This document shows positions 1 to 10,098 of a stretch of DNA of 64,000 nucleotides, piece by piece. How positions within the stretch are numbered: the first letter of the stretch is position 1; each line of letters starts with the position of its first letter. This DNA comes from a virus. Its lineage: Duplodnaviria; Caudoviricetes. Below the pieces are notes generated by a model. It saw only the letters and a program-made list of their open reading frames with translations. It made no database searches and had not been told where the DNA came from. The DNA lies in the IMG/VR virus record IMGVR_UViG_3300021387_001774, positions 64,001 to 128,000 of that record; one strand, given 5' to 3'. A program made the translations under genes and the position numbers.

Positions 1-239
1 TTATATACCTCTAGTATATGTTGTTGAGTAAACAATTTACCAGCTACAAATTGACATATAGCTAATAAGCATGTAAAGTTACAACCAAATCTATGTATAT
101 TTGTAGCAGGATCTCTTTCACCAGCAGCACCTTGAATTCTAGGGAAATCACATTGGTGGACTATTTTATCTATCATTTCTTCACTAGGAAATCTATATGG
201 TGCTTCATCTGCTCTCGATGGAACAATCGTTTTAGACAT
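1..239 (-). CDS. Partial ORF running off the window start; putative papain-like/C39-type cysteine peptidase (DUF261-like N-terminus)
   Basis: Not in the ORF track. My translation from ATG 239 (GGAGG RBS at 245-249) is MSKTIVPSRADEAPYRF...IHRFGCNFTCLLAICQ..., open to the window edge. The IxRxGCxFxCL motif resembles, from memory, spirochaete DUF261 proteins. Confidence 0.5.
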   Translation of the reverse strand, partial: MSKTIVPSRADEAPYRFPSEEMIDKIVHQCDFPRIQGAAGERDPATNIHRFGCNFTCLLAICQFVAGKLFTQQHILEVY

Positions 240-280
240 ACTACCTCCACATTATATAAGATTATTATAAATAAAATAGT

Positions 281-303
281 AGAGAGTCTTTAAGACTCTC
301 TAC
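281..303. terminator. Intrinsic terminator hairpin after the giant ORF
   Basis: Stem agagagtct/agactctct flanked by A and T tracts. Confidence 0.7.
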
Positions 304-311
304 TTTATTTT

Positions 312-3300
312 TTAATAACTTATTTCGTTAATCATACTACTTAATCTATCAGATAAACCACTTCTACCAGAAGAAGAAGCTATAGCAGACATCATTTGTA
401 ATGCTGCTTTAAAGAATTCTTCAGCTACACCATGATAACGTAAGTTTTCTTTATGCATTTCTTCCAGAATATTTAGTCTATCTACAATAGCTTTACCGTA
501 ATCACCAGTAAAACTTTCTACAATAGATTTTTTATTTTTTGTAGTAGATTTATTTTTACTTGTATTATTAAACTGTTCATTCTTAAGACCTGTAGATGAT
601 TCAGTATTTGTATCATCAGCTCCACCATTTTCAACAGTGTTTATAGGTACTTTCTTACCATCTTTTCTTACATAGAATTTACCACTATTAGATTTGTGAG
701 CTTCAGCTCCACCATTTCCACTAGTATGTAAATTCATGCTAGCAGCAACATCAGAAGGCATTCCATGTCCAGTTTCAACTGTAGTTTCACTATAGTAATT
801 AGGATCACCATGTAAGTTAACAGCTTGAATAGCAGCTTGAGCTTCTTCCATAGCAGATCTAGCATTGTTGTTATCGTTTATACTATATTTAGCAAATATC
901 TTAGACATCCATTCTTTTGCTTTAACAGAACCAGATTTAATAAAACTACTACCAGCACTTGTTAATGTTTGAAGTTTACCAACAGCAGCTGAACCAAATG
1001 ATGAAACTGCACTATAAGCACTACTAAAACCACTCTTTACAGCACCTATACCTTTGTTAAAAGTATTCTTTGCAGTGTTCAATGTACTCATGAAACCTTC
1101 TTTACCTCTTTGTAAAGCAGATTTATCAGAAAGTTCTTTACCTGCACTCTTACCAGTATATTTGGAAAATTCTTCTGGTGTAGTCTTATTTGTCAACCAA
1201 GCAAGTTTATTTTCAACTACCCATTTCTTAGCAGCAACAAGATATTGCGCACGGAATCGTTGTTGTAGTTCATATGCTGTTTCTTCTTTCATACCTTCAG
1301 CTTCTTCTGATTCTTCACTACTCTTAATTTCTGCTTCTTTCTTCTCTTCGTTTTCTTCATCTCCATCATCAGGATCTGTAGGATCAAAGAGGATCATTTC
1401 TTCCATATCTTTAAGTTTAACATTCATAGATTCTGCAATTTTAGTACGCAAATCATACAAAGGTTTAAATTTATTTTCTTTCCAGTATTTAAATATACCT
1501 ACATATTTAAATCCAAGAATTCTAGAATCGTGATCATCATTTGATTCCATAGCACCAAATGTTAATTTATTACCTAACCAACGTCCAAATCTAAATATTT
1601 TAGCTTTAGCCTTTTCACCAAATGTATCACCAGCAGCTCTATTTTCAAAGTTAATAAGAGCATCTGGATCACTAACACCATAAACTTTAGCACGTTCGAG
1701 GTTATATTCTCTGTATTTGTTTATAGCATCTTGAGCAGCCTTATTACCAATCTTTTCATACAACCATACAGCAATATTTGGTTTACCAAGTTTTGCACAG
1801 ATTATAGAAGGAATACCGAACAAAGCAGCATCAAGACAATTAGCAAGACCGGAACAAAGTCTCATACCTATGTTAATAGGTACACCACTTTCTATCTTAA
1901 AGTACTCTTTAGCCTTTACAAGACCTTTGACAAATCCTTTAAGAATTCCAGCTCCCCAAATTGCCCAACCAGCTACAGGTACACTTACAAATGCAAGTTT
2001 AGTAGCTAATACTGAAGAAAATTTTTGGATAGAACCGAGCAATTCACTCTTTAATTGTTGTATATTTCTACCAAGCATTTTCTTAATAGCACCAATATCT
2101 GTCAACTTATCTATAATCTTTTTAAGAACATCTATTCCTTTCTTATATAATTCTTTACCCTTATTTAGTAATTCTTTACCTTTATTTACAACTGATTTAA
2201 CACCACTCTTTATTGCTTGTCCAGCTTTAGAAATACCATCACCAACATTTTTAAAGAATTGTTTAGTATCATTCCATCTATTTTTTGCCCAATCACCTAT
2301 AGCATTTCCAGCATTTTTTAATCCGCTACCAATTGCTTTTAGAGCTGTTCTACCAGCTTGTGCAATTTTTGGTCCTAGAACCTTTGCTCCAACAGCTAAA
2401 GCTGCACCAATAGGACCACCTAGAGCAAAACCTACACCTGCAGCAATAATATTTCCTTTATTCTTTTTAATGTTATCGCCTAATCTACCAAGAGCACCCT
2501 TAGTAGAAACTGCTTTACCAGCACTCTTACCAGTTTTCTTTTTAAACATTTCTGGAGAACATCTACAAGACAACCAAGCAAGTTTATTATCTAATACCCA
2601 AGCTCTAGCTGCTTCAAGATATTTTACACGGAAATCTTGTTGAATTTCTATTTTACGTTGTGCTTCTGCTGCTTCTGATTCTTCATCATCTACTTTTCCA
2701 TCGCCGTCTTCATCTTTAACATCTTCACCTTCAGCGTCAAATTTAACCATTTCGTCCATATCTGACAAATCAAGATTCAATTCATTTGCCATTTTTTGAC
2801 GAAGTTCTGTCAATGGTTTAAACTTATTTTCTTTCCAGTATTTAAAGATTTCAACATATTTGAATCCGAGAGTTTTGGCATCTTTTTCATCATTATTCAT
2901 CATCATTCCGCCCGTTAGTTTATTACCTATCCAACGAGCAGCTTTATTAATTCCATTCTTTATTGCACCACCGATACCTTCATTTGCGGCTCTAGCTTCA
3001 AATGCTGCGAGAGCATCTCCACTTTCGACACCGAAAATGATTCCACGTTTTTCGTTATATTGTCTATATCTTTCTAGTGCAGCCTTTTTAGCTTTACTAC
3101 CAACAAATTCATACAACCATACAGCTACGTTAGGTTTCTTAAGAAGTCCACAAACTATAGAAGGAATTCCGAATAATGCCGCATCAAGACAATTAGCAAA
3201 ACCTGAACACAGCTTCATACCAATATCTGGTTTAGCACCATTTCCAAGTTTAAAATAGTCTTTACATTTTATAAGACCCTTCATAAATCCTGCAACAACT

Positions 3301-6300
3301 TGTGCACCCCAAATTGCCCAACCAATAACTGGAGCAGAAACTGTTGCTAGTTTAGCACCAAGATTTGGAGCAAATTTACTTACAGCGCCAACAACTACTT
3401 TCTTTAAAACACCAGAAACACCGTCTTTCAATAATTTTTTAATTGGTCCAAGGTTAAGAATCTTATCAAATAACTTCTTGAAAAGACCTAAACCACCTTT
3501 AGCTACTTTTAGACCAACTTTACCACCAAGTTTAGCAGCAGATAATGCTAAACCTCCAGCTCCACCAGCTGCTCCAGCAACGCCTCCAAGAATACCACCT
3601 ACACCAGGGATCTTAGAAAGTCCGTTAGCAAGATTCTTTACCAAACCTATTTTACTTAGAGGACCAGAACCTTGTGGAACCAATTTACCAGCAGAACTAA
3701 GAAGATCCTTTACTTTACCTGTGGCTCTACCTATTGCTTGACCAGCTCTAGTATTTTTAAGACCAGTTTTATTAATGAACCCTTGAATTGTATTAAGAAC
3801 ACCTTCACCGTTTTTAGATTCAGATTGGAAAGCAGCTTTTTCATTAGAATCGGCCATATCTTTCTTAGTTTCTTTATCTAATCCGATACCATCTTTCTTC
3901 ATTGATTCCAATGCGTCAGCGGTACGTTTCATGTGTTCTTCCATCTTTTCTTCTCTAGATTCTTTTTTTGCATCTTCTTTAGCCTGTTTTTGTTCTTCTG
4001 CTGAATCACCTTTTACTAAACTATCTCTTTCATTTTTCTTAAACTTCTTTCTTATCTTTTCTACTATAGATTCACCATCTTTTGGTACAAGGAATGAACC
4101 ACCTAATAAACCAGTTGTAGATCCACTACGTATAACAGCATCATCAATAGCTCCTTTAGCTTTACCGAATAATCCACCAATAGCTGCACCAACTTTACTA
4201 TTACCAAGGAATCCTTTGATAGTCTTGCCTATATTTTTAGCTTTATTTTTAAGATTTGTACCATAATTACTTATATATTCACCAAGACCTGTCTTATATT
4301 TTTCAAGACCTTCTACTTTAAGACCCTGAAGATATTTAGCTTTTGCTAATCCAGAAGGAATATGAGAAAGAAGTGGTAAGAATCCATTATCTTTAGCAAT
4401 TTGTAAAATCTCATCACCAAGTTTTGTAGAACCATCAATAGAAGTTACTTCGTAAAGATCTGGAGGAAGAAGTTTCTTTGGATCAGAATCATCACCAAAT
4501 AATTTCTTCTTCATTTTATCATAAATACTTTTACCAAAATCTTTAGCTTTATTTATAACAGTATCTTTTAAGTTAGAACCAGATAAATTGGATCCATTCT
4601 TGACTTTTTCTCTAAACTTCTCTAATTCTGGTTTAAATGGTGCTAACCATTTTTTAGCATCTTCATCATCTCTATTTAAAAGTTTTTCATATTCTTGAAT
4701 CATTTTTAATGTATTAGTAGTTGAATCTTTTGATTCTTTACTTATTTCGTTGATCTTTTGTGTTAATTCATTAATTACTGATCCATTAGTCATAGCATAT
4801 TGAACTAAAGCTTCTTTAAAAGAATATTGGACACCGTCTATTGTAGCTTTAGAATTAAAAAATCCCATCATAGCTTTAGCATTTCCAAATCCTTTTAAAA
4901 TATTAGCAGCTTTGTCTTTTAGTTTTCCTAATACTTTAGAACCAAGTTTCTTTACTTTATTTGTAACAAGTGATGATAATGAACCATCTGCAGCATTATA
5001 GTCTTTAACCTTCTCTTCGTATTTTATTAAAGAAGGTACAAATGGTTTCAAACTATCATATACATGTGATTTCGATATCAAATATCTTATCTTTAATTCT
5101 GGTTTCTCAAATTTATTTAACTTAGCATGGAAATCTGGATCTGTAATAGATGCTATAGCTTCACCAAGATTTTTGAATTCTCCTTCTTGACCTTTTTCTG
5201 GTTTTAATTTCATCAATCCATTATCAAGATTCTTTTTAACTTCATTCATCAAATCTTTATTTACGAATTCGCTTACTGAAGTTTTAGCCTTTTCTTTAGT
5301 TTCATTTATAGAATTCTTAACAACTGTTCCAAGTTTTGATTTACCATCTAATATTTTTTTAGTTTGTTTAGCAAAGTTTGTTAAACTTCCAACAAAAGGT
5401 TGAAGAGCTTCATATCCTGGTTTAGATGACTTATTCAACAAATAACTGATTTTAGAATTCATGTTAAGTGTTGGATGATTAACTGTATTTTGGAACGTTG
5501 GATCTGTAATAGATGCTATAGCTTGACCTAAGTTTTTAAATTCGGTTGTGTTCGACTTATCAGGTTTTAAACGCTTAAGTCTAACATCGAGAGTTTTATT
5601 TACAGCATCTCCGATCACTTTATTATTTCCTATAAATGCATCAGCATTCGCAGTAGCCTTATTTATTGCTGTCTTACCTTTATTTTTTATTTCAGATGAT
5701 AATTCTTTAACATATCCTTTTGGATTTTTCTTAAATTTTTCGAGTTCTTCTTTAGAAGCATTAATTTTTTCTGTAACCTGTTTTTTAATATTTCCAGGTA
5801 AAGCAGCCAATTCTTTTTTAGTATCTTGTCCAATATCTTCACCATACAATGGAGCAAGTAAAGCATTACCAATCGAAGCTTTAGTATTTTGTATTTTATC
5901 AAACATTGGAGCAAGTTTATTTAAACCTGGAATTTTCTTTAAGAACTCTGATGCAAATATTCCACCAGTACTATTTCCAAAACCAGTAGAAAATTTATCT
6001 TCTCTATTTATTTTATTGAAATATGCTTGTTTTTCAGTAGTTTTAACATAAACTTCACCATTCTCAACATCTTCTAATTTTGGTGTATATGGATGTTCTA
6101 GATCTCTTGCATTATAGAAGCTTCCAGTAAATTTACGTTTACCATTAGCATCTGTTTCCATAAGCTTATCATAATCATACTTTGATATCTTAGTGAATTG
6201 TTCAAGTTTACGTTCTTTTTGTTCAAATTCGATTTTTTTACCATAGTTAGTACCAATTTTTTCCCTCATAGCTTTCATCATATTTTCTCTTTCTTTAGAG

Positions 6301-8747
6301 GGTTTTTTAATATAAACGTCGATACCACTAAGCAACAAGTTATAAATATTTTGAACTAAACCATGTGTAGAAGAATCTTCCAAACTACTCATTCGGAACT
6401 TTTCAAAATCACTTCCAGACACTTTCATAAAGGAATCTTCCATGTTTTTAAAGTTGGAAGCATTTATATCACCAACGTTTTGATGTGTTTCACGCATCAA
6501 ACGATTCTTCTCACGTTCTAGTTGTTCTTTTTGCTCAATTTTCTTTTTAAGCATCCCTTTATCAACGAGTGATGCTTGACCATCTTTTGCTCGTCCGATA
6601 GCTTTATCTATGTTTGCTATTTGTTGATCGATATCTTTTAATCTAGATTCTGCATTTTTATTTGCCAATTTATTAGAATAAATAGTGGAGTCATGACCCA
6701 TAGAAATTTCTTCTTCTAGACTCATATTGTTTTCAGTCATTCTGGACCTATATGCTTGAGCTTGAATGAAGAAATTACGCATCGTTTCTTTTACTTTTTC
6801 ATCTTTAGTAGCAGCTTTTTTCCAAGCCATAAATGTTTGATAGAACATCATTGATGCATAATATCTTTCTATCGATCCTGGAGAGCAATTGTAATATTTG
6901 AATAAGTCCTCAGTATTTGGACCGTCTTCTATATCGCCACCTTTTCTTGTACAACAAGCGCTTCGTAACATATCGTCATCAAAATTGTTTCCAGCTTCCA
7001 TCCAGCTTTTAATCATTTCATCGATATGTTTTTTAACATTCTCTTTTATTTTAGAAACATCTTCGCCTATACCACTTCTAACACTCAGTTTCTTTAAAAT
7101 ATCGTCGCCATTTATATCTATTAAATTATTTATACTATCTCTATAATCATCAATTCCTCTAGTGTATTCCAATACAGATTTCTGACTTTCATCTATTTTA
7201 CTTTCTATAGATCTCATCTTGACAAATTTATTAGCATTATAATCAAATACTTCTTCTTCAGTATGATTTACGCCAGCAGAAATCTTTCTAAGATATGCAG
7301 GAATTATTTCAGTTAAAACTTTATGTGCTTTATTATCAAATGGATGAACTTTATTTGGATCACCCATTTTAAATCTATCTGAAGTATAATGAATACTCTC
7401 TTCTACATACGCATTTTCACCAAATTTTCTTGCTAATCCTGGTACCTTTTTACCTGCCCAATTTGCTGCTTTCTTTAGGAAACCAGGTACATTTTTTCCA
7501 TTAGCTATATTGCTAAATAATTGCTCAAGATCTCCAGTTTCGCCTTTTCCCCATTTGCCTAATTTAGCATTTAATATAGCAGGTAAACCAGCTACACCAA
7601 CATTGAAACTATCTATTTTATTTAATGTACTACCTTGTAATGAACCTTTTACTATAGCATCAAGTATAGCTCCACCAGCCATCTGCTTGATTAGTGTTGA
7701 TTTTTTCATACCCATATCTGAGAATGAATTCAATGTTTCACTAATCATTTCTATAGTATTTCCTATACCACCAAAAGCATTTCCTTTAACATTTTCTTTA
7801 TAATGTTTAAGCCATGCTCCAAGATCCATTCCACCACCACCAACAATGGATTTCCATTTTGATTTTTTTGTGGAATTATCTTTTTCTTCTGGTTTAGTCA
7901 ATACCCATTGAGCATCACGGATTTCTTTTATCATAGCTGCTAAGTCTTGAGTAAATGCTAAAGACTTAGTAGAATATTCCATTTGTGCTTTTATAGACAA
8001 GTTATTTTGTTTAACAGTAGTAGCAATATTATGGGCTATATTTTTCAAGACTTTCATCTTTTGGATGTGTCTTTCTTGATCTATTTGTAATTGTTTAGCA
8101 AATAAAGCTGTTTCATGTTGAATATGTGATTGGGTACTACCAATAGTTGCTGCGATTTGTTTGTTTGAAGCACGGAGAGTAGCTCTAGCGCTAGCTGCGC
8201 TAGATTTTATAACTGCATCGCTAGTTGATAATCTACCTTTCTTCTTGGAGGAAGTTTCATTTCCAGTATCATCCCAAGAATCATTACCAAAGTCATCATC
8301 ACCACCAAAATCAAAATTAAAGTCATCGTCTCCACCAAGATCACCGAACATGTCTCCCATGTCCATTTCTTCATCTTCAGTTTTGACAAAATAACCCGTT
8401 TTGATGGCTTCTTTAGCATCTTTCGCTATATCTTTAGCAACATCTTTTGATTCAGTTATAAAGTTCTTTGCATTATTCTTATAACGTTCTACTTCTTTTT
8501 TTATACTAAATTTATTACCGCTATCATCTTCAAAACGAGATTCTTCAGCTAATGAAAATACTTCTGGATATAAAGTTTTATTAACCTTTACAGTAAGATT
8601 AAAAGCTGATTTAACAACATTTTTAAGATAACCTTTTACTCCTTTTGGAGGTTTACTATCTCTACCATTTTTAGCAGAAGGATCCAATGGAAATAGCTCG
8701 TCTCCAGGATCAAACGCTAAATCGTCGTCTTTTCCTTTTTTTGCCAT
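312..8747 (-). CDS. Giant virion protein, tape-measure-like (2811 aa)
   Basis: Long helical K/G/A-rich ORF with amphipathic GAxxGxxG segments and internal duplications; late-type promoter at 8769-8780. Confidence 0.6.
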   Translation of the reverse strand: MAKKGKDDDLAFDPGDELFPLDPSAKNGRDSKPPKGVKGYLKNVVKSAFNLTVKVNKTLYPEVFSLAEESRFEDDSGNKFSIKKEVERYKNNAKNFITESKDVAKDIAKDAKEAIKTGYFVKTEDEEMDMGDMFGDLGGDDDFNFDFGGDDDFGNDSWDDTGNETSSKKKGRLSTSDAVIKSSAASARATLRASNKQIAATIGSTQSHIQHETALFAKQLQIDQERHIQKMKVLKNIAHNIATTVKQNNLSIKAQMEYSTKSLAFTQDLAAMIKEIRDAQWVLTKPEEKDNSTKKSKWKSIVGGGGMDLGAWLKHYKENVKGNAFGGIGNTIEMISETLNSFSDMGMKKSTLIKQMAGGAILDAIVKGSLQGSTLNKIDSFNVGVAGLPAILNAKLGKWGKGETGDLEQLFSNIANGKNVPGFLKKAANWAGKKVPGLARKFGENAYVEESIHYTSDRFKMGDPNKVHPFDNKAHKVLTEIIPAYLRKISAGVNHTEEEVFDYNANKFVKMRSIESKIDESQKSVLEYTRGIDDYRDSINNLIDINGDDILKKLSVRSGIGEDVSKIKENVKKHIDEMIKSWMEAGNNFDDDMLRSACCTRKGGDIEDGPNTEDLFKYYNCSPGSIERYYASMMFYQTFMAWKKAATKDEKVKETMRNFFIQAQAYRSRMTENNMSLEEEISMGHDSTIYSNKLANKNAESRLKDIDQQIANIDKAIGRAKDGQASLVDKGMLKKKIEQKEQLEREKNRLMRETHQNVGDINASNFKNMEDSFMKVSGSDFEKFRMSSLEDSSTHGLVQNIYNLLLSGIDVYIKKPSKERENMMKAMREKIGTNYGKKIEFEQKERKLEQFTKISKYDYDKLMETDANGKRKFTGSFYNARDLEHPYTPKLEDVENGEVYVKTTEKQAYFNKINREDKFSTGFGNSTGGIFASEFLKKIPGLNKLAPMFDKIQNTKASIGNALLAPLYGEDIGQDTKKELAALPGNIKKQVTEKINASKEELEKFKKNPKGYVKELSSEIKNKGKTAINKATANADAFIGNNKVIGDAVNKTLDVRLKRLKPDKSNTTEFKNLGQAIASITDPTFQNTVNHPTLNMNSKISYLLNKSSKPGYEALQPFVGSLTNFAKQTKKILDGKSKLGTVVKNSINETKEKAKTSVSEFVNKDLMNEVKKNLDNGLMKLKPEKGQEGEFKNLGEAIASITDPDFHAKLNKFEKPELKIRYLISKSHVYDSLKPFVPSLIKYEEKVKDYNAADGSLSSLVTNKVKKLGSKVLGKLKDKAANILKGFGNAKAMMGFFNSKATIDGVQYSFKEALVQYAMTNGSVINELTQKINEISKESKDSTTNTLKMIQEYEKLLNRDDEDAKKWLAPFKPELEKFREKVKNGSNLSGSNLKDTVINKAKDFGKSIYDKMKKKLFGDDSDPKKLLPPDLYEVTSIDGSTKLGDEILQIAKDNGFLPLLSHIPSGLAKAKYLQGLKVEGLEKYKTGLGEYISNYGTNLKNKAKNIGKTIKGFLGNSKVGAAIGGLFGKAKGAIDDAVIRSGSTTGLLGGSFLVPKDGESIVEKIRKKFKKNERDSLVKGDSAEEQKQAKEDAKKESREEKMEEHMKRTADALESMKKDGIGLDKETKKDMADSNEKAAFQSESKNGEGVLNTIQGFINKTGLKNTRAGQAIGRATGKVKDLLSSAGKLVPQGSGPLSKIGLVKNLANGLSKIPGVGGILGGVAGAAGGAGGLALSAAKLGGKVGLKVAKGGLGLFKKLFDKILNLGPIKKLLKDGVSGVLKKVVVGAVSKFAPNLGAKLATVSAPVIGWAIWGAQVVAGFMKGLIKCKDYFKLGNGAKPDIGMKLCSGFANCLDAALFGIPSIVCGLLKKPNVAVWLYEFVGSKAKKAALERYRQYNEKRGIIFGVESGDALAAFEARAANEGIGGAIKNGINKAARWIGNKLTGGMMMNNDEKDAKTLGFKYVEIFKYWKENKFKPLTELRQKMANELNLDLSDMDEMVKFDAEGEDVKDEDGDGKVDDEESEAAEAQRKIEIQQDFRVKYLEAARAWVLDNKLAWLSCRCSPEMFKKKTGKSAGKAVSTKGALGRLGDNIKKNKGNIIAAGVGFALGGPIGAALAVGAKVLGPKIAQAGRTALKAIGSGLKNAGNAIGDWAKNRWNDTKQFFKNVGDGISKAGQAIKSGVKSVVNKGKELLNKGKELYKKGIDVLKKIIDKLTDIGAIKKMLGRNIQQLKSELLGSIQKFSSVLATKLAFVSVPVAGWAIWGAGILKGFVKGLVKAKEYFKIESGVPINIGMRLCSGLANCLDAALFGIPSIICAKLGKPNIAVWLYEKIGNKAAQDAINKYREYNLERAKVYGVSDPDALINFENRAAGDTFGEKAKAKIFRFGRWLGNKLTFGAMESNDDHDSRILGFKYVGIFKYWKENKFKPLYDLRTKIAESMNVKLKDMEEMILFDPTDPDDGDEENEEKKEAEIKSSEESEEAEGMKEETAYELQQRFRAQYLVAAKKWVVENKLAWLTNKTTPEEFSKYTGKSAGKELSDKSALQRGKEGFMSTLNTAKNTFNKGIGAVKSGFSSAYSAVSSFGSAAVGKLQTLTSAGSSFIKSGSVKAKEWMSKIFAKYSINDNNNARSAMEEAQAAIQAVNLHGDPNYYSETTVETGHGMPSDVAASMNLHTSGNGGAEAHKSNSGKFYVRKDGKKVPINTVENGGADDTNTESSTGLKNEQFNNTSKNKSTTKNKKSIVESFTGDYGKAIVDRLNILEEMHKENLRYHGVAEEFFKAALQMMSAIASSSGRSGLSDRLSSMINEISY

Positions 8748-8768
8748 AAAACTACCCTATTAATAGTA

Positions 8769-8806
8769 TATTTCATTGTCGTTTTTCGTTATTTAACAAT
8801 TCTATA
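8769..8806. promoter_or_regulatory. Back-to-back late-type promoters: GACA-N6-TA (-, 8769-8780) and AACA-N6-TA (+, 8795-8806)
   Basis: Same motif found upstream of 13 mostly virion-gene units; matches the AR9 nvRNAP late consensus AACA-N6-TA. Confidence 0.7.
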
Positions 8807-8829
8807 TATTTATAAAAGGTTTTTAAAAA

Positions 8830-9021
8830 ATGAAAAAAATATTTATAAAATTTCTAATTTCTTTTAGACATTTATTCTTTAAAAGAGTTAGATGTTCAGA
8901 TTATGAAATGTATATAATCAATTATGATAAGAATAAAAAAGAATTCTTTAATCAAATTGATGATACATTAAACAAATTAGAAAAATCTCATAATGGTTCA
9001 TCAAATATAATAATTTGGTAA
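8830..9021 (+). CDS. Small hypothetical protein
   Basis: Downstream of the late promoter; N-terminus MKKIFIKFLISF resembles that of the next ORF. Confidence 0.5.
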   Translation: MKKIFIKFLISFRHLFFKRVRCSDYEMYIINYDKNKKEFFNQIDDTLNKLEKSHNGSSNIIIW

Positions 9022-9056
9022 TTTGTTATGTGATTAAAATATTTTAAAGGAGTTAA

Positions 9057-9401
9057 ATGATGAAAAAACTTTTTACTTTCCTTGCTTCTATTTTTACTAA
9101 TCTTTTTTCTAAAAAAGATGACAAGACGATTAAAATCGTAAATGTTATCAAAGAAGATAAAAAGGAAGATGTAAAAGTAGAATCTAAAGAAGAAACACCT
9201 AAAAAGGTTTCTATCGAAAAAATCGTCGATAGTCTTGATAAAATTCAGGATTCAAACGACGATCTTTTTACTAACATTGGTCTTTTGGTAGCTGAGATAG
9301 ATGATGTTTATAAGGCACCATCTAAAGAAGATAGAGAAAAACAAAAGGCTGAATGTTATCGTACATTGGATTATATCAAAGATCAATTGACAAAGATGTA
9401 A
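9057..9401 (+). CDS. Hypothetical protein with amphipathic N-terminal helix
   Basis: AAGGAG RBS; followed by a terminator at 9408-9435. Confidence 0.75.
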   Translation: MMKKLFTFLASIFTNLFSKKDDKTIKIVNVIKEDKKEDVKVESKEETPKKVSIEKIVDSLDKIQDSNDDLFTNIGLLVAEIDDVYKAPSKEDREKQKAECYRTLDYIKDQLTKM

Positions 9402-9407
9402 TTTAAT

Positions 9408-9435
9408 TAAAGGTAGGACTCTTGTCCTACCTTTA
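9408..9435. terminator. Intrinsic terminator (aaaggtagga/tcctaccttt family)
   Basis: Perfect stem; the same stem recurs at 62421-62449. Confidence 0.75.
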
Positions 9436-9437
9436 TA

Positions 9438-9603
9438 TTTATAACTACTGTTTAACTCAACTATTTAATTATATATTATATTAATGAAGTAACCTGTATA
9501 GGTGAAACATAATAATTATAAGAGGGATAATAAGAGAAATAAAACCCCACCTCAGTGAAGAGGTCTACTGATAAAAAGGGATACAAACACAAGGGAAGAA
9601 ACT
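9438..9603 (+). repeat. Family-1 promoter plus structured 5' leader, copy A
   Basis: ~165 bp nearly identical to 25991-26152; contains TACTGTT, TATATTAT (9472-9479), two hairpins and the aaacacaagggaagaa RBS. Confidence 0.9.
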
Positions 9604-9987
9604 ATGGGAAAGTTTAACGATTTTATGCAGAAGTGTGACGACCTCAGAGTAAAAGAAAACAAAGAAAGAGAGCTTGAGAGGGCTCTCGAGAGATCAAAAG
9701 ATATATCCCGTTTAAAGGATATTTTTGATCCAAGTTATTGGGCGGATATGAGATGGGGATCATTTGACCTCATCCATATTCGCTGCAATACGGCGGAAAT
9801 GGTGAACGATTTCGAAAGAATCGTTGAAAAATTAACTGGCAGGAAAATCATGACAACGGAGCTCTGCAATGTATTTAAAAATACGTGTGGAGATCGTACA
9901 TTGTCAGTAGAGATCAAAACATCTTGTCGAGACATCGATAAGATTTTTGAAAGCATTTTGGAGTTTATCGATTTATATAAACTCTAA
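9604..9987 (+). CDS. Hypothetical cargo protein of cassette A
   Basis: ATG immediately after the conserved leader; GC higher than flanks. Confidence 0.8.
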   Translation: MGKFNDFMQKCDDLRVKENKERELERALERSKDISRLKDIFDPSYWADMRWGSFDLIHIRCNTAEMVNDFERIVEKLTGRKIMTTELCNVFKNTCGDRTLSVEIKTSCRDIDKIFESILEFIDLYKL

Positions 9988-10001
9988 TTAACACCCGCAA
10001 A

Positions 10002-10056
10002 ACAGAAAAACTCGAAAAGGTTTTTCTGTACCAGCTCTCCTCTGGTTTCTTTTTTT
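10002..10056 (+). terminator. Family-1 double-hairpin 3' trailer/terminator, copy A
   Basis: acagaaaaac/gtttttctgt, then accag/ctggt, then a T-tract; homologous to 26465-26519. Confidence 0.8.
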
Positions 10057-10098
10057 GTTTTTAATAAAATAGCAGGATTAATATCCTGCTATTTTTTT

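Noticed and set aside
1054-8419. Many + strand and alternate-frame ORFs inside the 2811-aa gene
   Set aside because: Shadow ORFs from codon bias; no RBS or promoter, and antisense-type composition
9485-9510. Hammerhead ribozyme in the family-1 leader (tgaagta-stem-gaaac)
   Set aside because: Lacks the CUGANGA core and supporting stems I and III
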